Shown: positions 1-6,490 of the stretch, piece after piece
How the letters are laid out: every line of letters starts with the position of its first letter
Numbering within the stretch: the stretch's first letter is position 1
Assembly (NCBI GenBank): GCA_030668875.1
Contig: DAOVER010000012.1
Span: 30,001-62,000, forward strand
DNA length: 32,000 nt
Reading direction: 5' to 3'
Source: Candidatus Heimdallarchaeota archaeon
GTDB taxonomy: Archaea > Asgardarchaeota > Heimdallarchaeia > Heimdallarchaeales > Heimdallarchaeaceae
Notes under the pieces: generated by a model
The model's input: only the letters and a program-made list of their open reading frames with translations
The model's database searches: none
Told to the model about the DNA's origin: nothing
Translations under genes and position numbers: made by a program

Positions 1-621
1 AAAACCTCCACCAAATCTACTACCTGGACCAACAGCCAGCATCACTAAGCCAACATCTTCTAACACTTGATCATCGATTGTTATAGTAGATTTAACTAGT
101 CGATATTGGAGAAGCTTCTTGAAAGCTAAATAGTAGTATTTCAAAAAGCCTTTTAACCACTTTGCTTCTGTGAAGGAAGCAACTGATACAGTTGCACCAA
201 CTCCGGTATCTGCAACGTTTATAAAATACCGTTTATCACCATTAGTTTCTGCAATTCCAACAGTTACTCCAATTGTCTTGCCTACTTCTAGAATATCTAA
301 GCTTCTATTGAAATCATCATCGAAATCTAAGCTAATGGAAAAATCATTGCCATTTCCAAGAGGGATTATACCAAATTTTGTGTCAGTTCCATATAAACCA
401 TTAGCAACTTCATTTATTGTTCCATCTCCCCCTACAGCAACAACACAATCAAAGTCCTTTTCCATTTCTTTTACAATTTCTATTGCATGGCCTTGGTGTT
501 GAGTGTATATCGATTTATGATCAAGTCCTCTTTTTAATATCTCTTCCTCAACAATTGGCCACGTTTTTCCAATTCCTCCGTTGCGAGCGTTTGGATTAAT
601 AACGAAAAGATAAGTTGTCAT
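1..621 (-). CDS. Diacylglycerol/lipid kinase family protein (YegS/DgkB-like), C-terminus runs off the left edge
   Basis: Translated by hand from ATG at 621: MTTYLFVINPNARNGGIGKTW...VVAVGGDGTINEVANGL...IIPLGNGNDF...YFINVADTG...GSRFGGGF. The frame is open to position 1 and carries the DAGK motifs NP, GGDGT, GxGNDF and FGGGF. Not in the ORF track. Confidence 0.93.
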   Translation of the reverse strand, partial: MTTYLFVINPNARNGGIGKTWPIVEEEILKRGLDHKSIYTQHQGHAIEIVKEMEKDFDCVVAVGGDGTINEVANGLYGTDTKFGIIPLGNGNDFSISLDFDDDFNRSLDILEVGKTIGVTVGIAETNGDKRYFINVADTGVGATVSVASFTEAKWLKGFLKYYYLAFKKLLQYRLVKSTITIDDQVLEDVGLVMLAVGPGSRFGGGF

Positions 622-674
622 AATATAAGGAATTTTTTGCTCTTATTTAAACATTCATGCGAAAAATAAGGAAC

Positions 675-763
675 TGGAGCCTCAGAGGGGATTCGAACCC
701 CTGCCCTGTGACTTTCTCGATAGTTTACGAGATCACTGCTCTGGCCATCTGAGCTACCGAGGC
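675..763 (-). tRNA. tRNA-Thr(CGU) with 12-nt intron (714-725) and encoded CCA
   Basis: Minus strand reads GCCTCGG-TAGCTCAGATGGCCAGAGC-A-GTGAT-CTCGTA-[AACTATCGAGAA]-A-GTCAC-AGGGC-AGGGGTTCGAATCCCCT-CTGAGGC-T-CCA. All stems pair, the anticodon CGT is at 727-729, and the intron forms a bulge-helix-bulge at position 37/38. Confidence 0.95.
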
Positions 764-788
764 ATTGTTTATCCTTTTCTCTAGATAG

Positions 789-796
789 ATTTAAAG
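789..796 (-). promoter_or_regulatory. Candidate TATA box of the tRNA-Thr gene
   Basis: CTTTAAAT on the minus strand, about 26-33 nt upstream of the mature tRNA 5' end, with an A-rich segment upstream of it. Confidence 0.5.
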
Positions 797-917
797 ATTT
801 TATGTATAGGTTCATTTACATTGATTAAGTGAGACTTGTTCATTATATTGTGAATTTTAGAGAGAGAATCTCACATAAAATGAAGAAAAGAATAATGATG
901 ATTTTCTTTATTTCTTA

Positions 918-2141
918 TTATTCCATTGGAAAGGCGGCATATCCTCTGAACTCAATCCAGTCCCTTAGTTCATCTTCTATTATTTCTTGTATTGCATCTT
1001 GGTCTAGATCTTTAGACATGTTTTCATCTGTTGTTAACATAGCCATAACATAACGTTCGCCACTGAATTTCAAATCACGAAGAATGAAAATTTCATTTAC
1101 ATTGTCATCTAGAGTATACCGTCTAATTCTTAGAAAGGGTTCTCGTATATCAACAATTGATTCGATTGCATCATAATATGCATTATGAGCTAAGTCTTCA
1201 AGCTCTTCTTCTTTTGCAAATCTAGCAAAACAGACATTGCTTCTGAAATCGTACAAACCAAAGAAATCTGAATCTAGCCCCTCAGCAACACTTTTTGTGG
1301 CTTGCTGCACACCCTCTTGTATTAAGGAAATTCCTCTAAATATGTGTGAGAATGCACCAAGAATAGATGAACGAATTCTAACACTTGTTCTAAAGAAATC
1401 TTTTGCAGGATTAAAGTAAGGACATTTATCAGCCATGTATTCAATGATGGAACTGAAAACCTCTGCACTTTTATCGTCAATCTCATATTCAGGATCTGAT
1501 TTGTGGAAGAAAATTTTCCAAGGAACTTTAATTTTGAGATTGTTTGCTACATTAATAATTTGTTTTAGATATTCAAAACTTTCTTGGAATCTATCTTTAG
1601 CTTGTATATCTATCACATAGATTATAGTATCTGTTCCAACAAAATATTGCTGTGGATTTTCTAAATAATCTTCACGGTAAATACTTTGCCCTCCTAACTC
1701 GTGAAGATGAACATCCATTCCAAAAACTTCAATTTTGCTGCGAAGAAGACCGCGGGTTGGTGTTAATCCATTTAATCTCTGGAATAAAGAGGATAATGCA
1801 CCCCTATGTTTTAATGCGATTGAAAGAGAAGTTTTTCCAGCGTTGTCAATACCAACCATTATTATTTTTGCACCAGTAGTGACTTTCTCTGTTTCCTCAA
1901 CTAATAAAAGTCTGCTAGCAGCTATCCAACTATTTATTCTCTCTTTGGGGACTTTCTTAGCCATTTTAGCGTATTGATCACTCCATTTGGTAGAGAGATT
2001 CTCAATTGTGTCTAAACCTAGTTCTTTCAAGAGTTTAGATTCTTCTTCTGTTATATCTAACAGAGCTACAACAGGAAAGTTCCTAAGATCTTCTTTATCC
2101 TTGTATTCATCTTTTAGCAATTTGTCCTTTAGTTCAGACAT
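918..2141 (-). CDS. Rag/Gtr-like small GTPase with N-terminal helix-hairpin-helix (DUF4332-like) domain and C-terminal roadblock-like domain
   Basis: G1 GIDNAGKT, G2 PTRG, G3 ELGGQ, G4 HKSD, G5 TSV. YREDYLENPQQYF follows G3 as in Gtr1/RagA. The C-terminal ~140 aa has a helix-beta-beta-helix-beta-beta-beta-helix pattern. Confidence 0.75.
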   Translation of the reverse strand: MSELKDKLLKDEYKDKEDLRNFPVVALLDITEEESKLLKELGLDTIENLSTKWSDQYAKMAKKVPKERINSWIAASRLLLVEETEKVTTGAKIIMVGIDNAGKTSLSIALKHRGALSSLFQRLNGLTPTRGLLRSKIEVFGMDVHLHELGGQSIYREDYLENPQQYFVGTDTIIYVIDIQAKDRFQESFEYLKQIINVANNLKIKVPWKIFFHKSDPEYEIDDKSAEVFSSIIEYMADKCPYFNPAKDFFRTSVRIRSSILGAFSHIFRGISLIQEGVQQATKSVAEGLDSDFFGLYDFRSNVCFARFAKEEELEDLAHNAYYDAIESIVDIREPFLRIRRYTLDDNVNEIFILRDLKFSGERYVMAMLTTDENMSKDLDQDAIQEIIEDELRDWIEFRGYAAFPME

Positions 2142-2316
2142 ATCTCTTATTCTCCAGAGTTAGTAAAGATAATTATTTATCCTCTTGGATATATATTCTC
2201 TCTGTCAAATAAGTATTTTGTTAACGCTAGTAGAAAGCTAACTAATAATTTCTATCCATAAATAAAATTTAAAAAGGCAAAAGCTAGCGCTTACTTAATC
2301 GAATGGAGTATTCAAA

Positions 2317-4341
2317 ATGCGAACACACAGAGTCAAAGGACTTATATTTTTATCAACAATCATATTAGGTTTAGTTCTTACAAGCTTCTTTGGAGCTTCT
2401 ATGACATTTACAGACCCTAATACTGTATCACAACTTGATCAAACAACCATAGAAAATTTAGTTTTCTTAAATAGCACATCTCCAATTATTGATGGAAACT
2501 TAGAAAGTTTTGAAGGAGAATGGGAAAATGCTACTGTATACAATACTGAATTTGGTTTAGGGAATAAAGCTTTGACAATACGTGTTTTGGCAAATGAAAC
2601 TCACTTGTTTATGGGTATAAATTATGTTAGCTCAATATTCATACCAGTCAATACAACCATTCCAATAGATGAGGAATTCAATAATGAAACTCATACTTGG
2701 TATGCAATTGTTTTTGATAGAAACTATGATTTTATAGCAGGTTCAGAGTTAACTCCTGATGACGCTATAGTGATAAATTATAGAGAAGAAGGAGCACAGG
2801 ATGCATACATCAATGGAACAGAGCTAAACTCTATTGCAATTGATGTAGATGTCACAGGCATAGAAAATTCTTATGCATATGTTAATGGAACATTCCTCGA
2901 TGATTTTGGTGAACATATTGTTACAATTGAAGTTGTGAAGGAACTTGAATCTAATGATGAAATTGGGAATGATATTGATTTACATGCAAGTGAATTCATA
3001 CACTTTGAAATGATAGTGGTTGAAAATCAAACTGCCATATATAATAGAACATTACTAAATAAGACAGATGCATTCACAGGATGGAAAAACATTCGACTTG
3101 TTACTTTGCATGATTATTTTTCATATGTGGAAGATGCATCAGATCTAGACGTACTAATTTACATTTCAGAATCAGAAGCATCAAATTATGATAATCTAAG
3201 CAGCATTATCGTGTTCTTAACAAATTGTGGTGTAAATGTAACATATTCGTTTGATTCTATTGATTCTGATGTTACCTATCAGAGTTTGTCTCAATTTAAT
3301 CTTTTAATCCTTATTGGAGCACAACCCGATTTAACTAATAACGAAATAGATGCAATCGCCCTCTATGTTGCTTCTGGTGGAAGTGTATATGTTCTTGCAG
3401 ATCCTGTTAGCAAAAATGGAAAATTGAATCAATTATTGTCTAAATTCGGAATGGAGGTGTATAGTTCATACCTATACTCTACAGATACTGCTGTTAATTC
3501 TTCTATTGAGATTGATGTATCCGAAATCGAATCTCTACCATATATGACTGGTACAAATATCTTCACTGATCAAAGCGTAAATGAAATTTTATACACAGGA
3601 ACAGCAATTAACTTCACATCTGAACTAGGGGAAGGTAAGTTTTTGTTCCAAGAAGGTGATCTTTATCCAATCATAAATCTTACAGGAGATTATTACATAG
3701 ATTCTGATAATAACGGTGAGTTCAACACAGAGGATATAACACTTAACGATACAATAGTTCAAGCAGGATTAGAGTTGCAAAGAGGAGGTAGATTCATAGT
3801 TACCGGTTCTGCAGATCTACTGAATGCAAGTTACATCGCAGAAAGAGACAACAAAATATTCTTCTTGAGGCAAATCCAATGGTTGATGAAACTACAAAAT
3901 GCAATAAACTTTGAAAACTATGTTGTTGAAGAAGCTAATATTATTGAAGGAGAATCAATAAGTGTTACGGTTTCAGTTCTTGGAGACAATGAAACAGTTT
4001 TAACTGACTTAAGAGCCTGGGTAGTTGTACAGGAATTAAAATCAGATAGAAACAATATCACGTTAACTAAGCATGAAGACAATATCAATTTCAACGGAAC
4101 AATCACTCCTGAGGGTGTAAAAGCTAATTTCGTTGACATTAGTATTAGACTGCACCAAAGAGGTTATGGTTATAATGAGACAGAATTAGTGGAAGTGTTT
4201 CTGCAAGCAGTCATAGGAAAACCTATTAACATTGAAGTAACTGCAACAATCATATTTGTAGTTTCAATCGGTTTAGCAGCTTTAGGTGCTATTGCAGTTA
4301 AAAAATATAAGATACCAGAAGTGGAAGAAAAACGAAAATAA
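2317..4341 (+). CDS. Type I membrane glycoprotein: signal peptide, DOMON-like domain, GIFT (GldG/IFT52/OST48-like) domain, beta-sandwich, C-terminal TM; OST48/Wbp1-like
   Basis: Hydrophobic N-terminus, PIIDGNLE...EW DOMON-like start, YVASGGSVYVLAD and AGLELQRGGRFIVTGSADLL GIFT motifs, one C-terminal TM followed by KKYK, and 21 N-x-S/T sequons counted by hand. Confidence 0.65.
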   Translation: MRTHRVKGLIFLSTIILGLVLTSFFGASMTFTDPNTVSQLDQTTIENLVFLNSTSPIIDGNLESFEGEWENATVYNTEFGLGNKALTIRVLANETHLFMGINYVSSIFIPVNTTIPIDEEFNNETHTWYAIVFDRNYDFIAGSELTPDDAIVINYREEGAQDAYINGTELNSIAIDVDVTGIENSYAYVNGTFLDDFGEHIVTIEVVKELESNDEIGNDIDLHASEFIHFEMIVVENQTAIYNRTLLNKTDAFTGWKNIRLVTLHDYFSYVEDASDLDVLIYISESEASNYDNLSSIIVFLTNCGVNVTYSFDSIDSDVTYQSLSQFNLLILIGAQPDLTNNEIDAIALYVASGGSVYVLADPVSKNGKLNQLLSKFGMEVYSSYLYSTDTAVNSSIEIDVSEIESLPYMTGTNIFTDQSVNEILYTGTAINFTSELGEGKFLFQEGDLYPIINLTGDYYIDSDNNGEFNTEDITLNDTIVQAGLELQRGGRFIVTGSADLLNASYIAERDNKIFFLRQIQWLMKLQNAINFENYVVEEANIIEGESISVTVSVLGDNETVLTDLRAWVVVQELKSDRNNITLTKHEDNINFNGTITPEGVKANFVDISIRLHQRGYGYNETELVEVFLQAVIGKPINIEVTATIIFVVSIGLAALGAIAVKKYKIPEVEEKRK

Positions 4342-4436
4342 TCCACTTTTTTCTTTCTATTTCTAGAAAAAGTAATAAGGCAATTTTCATAAATGTACAA
4401 GAGATAGTACTTCAGTTAAATCTCTGGTGGTAAACA

Positions 4437-4895
4437 GTGCATAAAGGTTTTATAACAAAACAACTGAAGCCGAAAGAACTAAAATCAAGAGTAATTGATA
4501 TACCAGAGAAAGATAGAAAAATGTTCCCAAAAGTGGGAGTGTTATTTTTTATTGAATCGCTTAATGAATATTATGGAGGTCATATTACAAAAGATGGGAG
4601 TATCACAGGATTAGATCAGTGGTTTGAAGATTATCCTGTCAAACAAAATGACACCATAATCATATCAAAGTATTCGGAGGGATTTTACCTTACATCATTA
4701 TCTGAGACAATAAATCAACAACAGTATTTCAATCTCGAAATGGAAAGAATTCTTTCGTTAGAACCAGAAGATATCTTGTGTCCAAACTGTAGGTACAAGC
4801 TGGAACATGCTGGAAAAGGATCAAGGGAAGATTCATATGTTTTAAAATGTGCAAGGTGTGGTTTTACTTTAGTGAAGAAAAGTCTTTTTGATTAA
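4437..4895 (+). CDS. Hypothetical protein: B3/pseudobarrel-like N-terminal domain plus C-terminal Zn ribbon
   Basis: GTG start after a GGTGGT SD. CPNC...CARC Zn ribbon. The N-terminal pattern IDIPEKDRKMFP...ITGLDQWFEDYPVKQNDTIII resembles B3/EcoRII-N domains. Confidence 0.6.
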   Translation: MHKGFITKQLKPKELKSRVIDIPEKDRKMFPKVGVLFFIESLNEYYGGHITKDGSITGLDQWFEDYPVKQNDTIIISKYSEGFYLTSLSETINQQQYFNLEMERILSLEPEDILCPNCRYKLEHAGKGSREDSYVLKCARCGFTLVKKSLFD

Positions 4896-5035
4896 TTGGG
4901 TAATAATAAAGAGCTTTTACGAAAAAAAGCTATTCTTTATTCTGAGTGGAAATCAGCGGCTTTTTCACTTCTTTGTATATGAGTAAACATATCTATGTAT
5001 TATGTGCCTTTTTGTGTGTATTCTAACTCCATCAC

Positions 5036-5656
5036 ATGAAACTTATGTTACATAACCTATGGATAGCTAAAGATACTGGTGAATGCCTTTTCCATAAAAG
5101 GTATGGTAGCATAGAGCAAGATGAGAATTTAATCACAAGTTTCCTGAGTGCAATAGAGATTTTTGCACAGAACATAGATAATGGATGCGATTTTCTACAA
5201 ACTTCCAGCTACAAATTCATCTACATAACTGGAGAACAAACTGTTACAGTTGCATGTGTAGATAGCAAAGATGATGAAAATATCATTCGTCAAGAGCTCG
5301 TAAAGATAGAGAAAGAATTCTATAGTAGATTCTCGCAAGAATTAAAGGAATGGAATGGACGAGTAGAGGGGTTTGCCGATTTATCAGATTATGTTGATAA
5401 TCACTTGAAAAAATACAGTTCTCCCATCAAGGAATTAACAGATTCTAAACTTGAATTAAACCCAATTGTTACAGAAGAGAATCTAAAGAGCAAATTTAGT
5501 CCACAACAGGAAAAAGTTATTTCTCTCTTAAAATACAAAGGTACAGCAACACTTCATGATATTATCAAACTTATGAAACTCTCAGAAACTGATGCTGAAA
5601 AAGCAGCAAAAGGACTTTTGTACCATGACATCATAAGACAGATTCCAAGTGCATAA
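5036..5656 (+). CDS. Longin-like domain protein with C-terminal winged helix-turn-helix
   Basis: LHNLWIAKDTGECLFHKRY...DENLITSFLSAIEIFAQ...FIY...VACVD...LVKIEKEF...WNG fits the longin/sigma-adaptin-like pattern common in Asgards. QQEKVISLLKYKGTATLHDIIKLMKLSETDAEKAAKGL fits a wHTH. Confidence 0.72.
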   Translation: MKLMLHNLWIAKDTGECLFHKRYGSIEQDENLITSFLSAIEIFAQNIDNGCDFLQTSSYKFIYITGEQTVTVACVDSKDDENIIRQELVKIEKEFYSRFSQELKEWNGRVEGFADLSDYVDNHLKKYSSPIKELTDSKLELNPIVTEENLKSKFSPQQEKVISLLKYKGTATLHDIIKLMKLSETDAEKAAKGLLYHDIIRQIPSA

Positions 5657-5743
5657 TATCAGTACCAATTCTTGCTATTGTTTTTATGAATCATCTGATA
5701 CGTTACTTTATTAAGAGATTTGTCTCAAATTTAATAGTAATTA

Positions 5744-6169
5744 TTGGTGATATGGTTGAAAACGTTTAATGACACAGTAAGATTTGAAACAACTGGAGAA
5801 ATTGATATTATAGATTTAACTGAAAAATTCAGTAAATGTGTTCAAAATTCTGGGATTAGTAATGGAATATTGTCAGCTAATGTCATAGGATCAACAGGAG
5901 CACTAACAACAATAGAATACGAGCACCGTGTACTGGATGATTTTAGACAAATTCTACACAAACTAGTTCCAAAAGGTGCAGGATATAAACATGATATTAT
6001 CGATTCCAATGCTCATTCGCATTTACGAGCATCACTAATTGGTCCTAGTCTAACAATCTCAATTCATGAAGGAAGGATGCAATTAGGGACATGGCAACAA
6101 CCGGTTTTTGTGTGTTTAGATGTTAAATCTAGATCAAGAAAAGTAGCGATAACTATCATTGGTGAATGA
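5744..6169 (+). CDS. yjbQ: YjbQ/UPF0047 family protein
   Basis: GSTGALTTIEYE, YKHD, NAHSHLRASLIGPS and LGTWQ motifs. Confidence 0.93.
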   Translation: MVIWLKTFNDTVRFETTGEIDIIDLTEKFSKCVQNSGISNGILSANVIGSTGALTTIEYEHRVLDDFRQILHKLVPKGAGYKHDIIDSNAHSHLRASLIGPSLTISIHEGRMQLGTWQQPVFVCLDVKSRSRKVAITIIGE

Positions 6170-6405
6170 GATTGAGCTCAGAATATTATGTGATTCGATG
6201 CACAAAGAAAGAATGTGGAAAGTTTAGTTATTGCAAAGCTAATCAAAAAACCAAAATGTGTCCCTATTGTGAACATCGAATAAAGATTGAAAAGGCAAGT
6301 AAAACAGAAGTTAATTCCGTGGTCCATGCTAGGAAACTTGTTCAAGAGTTTAATAAAAAACTAGGAGAAATGACTGAACCTTGGTGGTATAAGTCTGATA
6401 CATGA
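6166..6405 (+). CDS. DUF1922-like archaeal Zn-ribbon protein
   Basis: YYVIRCTKKECGKF...KMCPYCEHRIKI. ATGA overlap with the yjbQ stop codon. Confidence 0.75.
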   Translation: MRLSSEYYVIRCTKKECGKFSYCKANQKTKMCPYCEHRIKIEKASKTEVNSVVHARKLVQEFNKKLGEMTEPWWYKSDT

Positions 6406-6490
6406 TATAAAAAAATCATCGGTAGAGTAATATATTATTAAAAAAGAAAGTGTCACAATATTTTTTTACCCTCATTCAAACATATTACTA

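Noticed and set aside
170-599. Plus-strand ORFs 170-502 and 417-599
   Set aside because: They are shadows of the DAGK gene on the minus strand, which carries all family motifs.
600-800. tRNA as an integration site for a mobile element
   Set aside because: No integrase, no duplicated tRNA 3' end and no obvious compositional break were seen in the window.
618-815. 65-aa minus-strand ORF
   Set aside because: It overlaps the tRNA-Thr gene and shows no protein features.
4327-4341. C-terminal EEKRK of the OST48-like protein as a KKxx/KxKxx retrieval signal
   Set aside because: Only the -3 position fits (-4 and -5 are Glu). Basic tails after a TM segment are expected from the positive-inside rule.
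4912-4970. Short inverted repeats (AGCTTTT/AAAAGCT, CTGA-GTGGAAA-TCAG) as an origin or regulatory element
   Set aside because: They are short and AT-rich, plausible by chance, not repeated elsewhere, and have no supporting neighbour gene.
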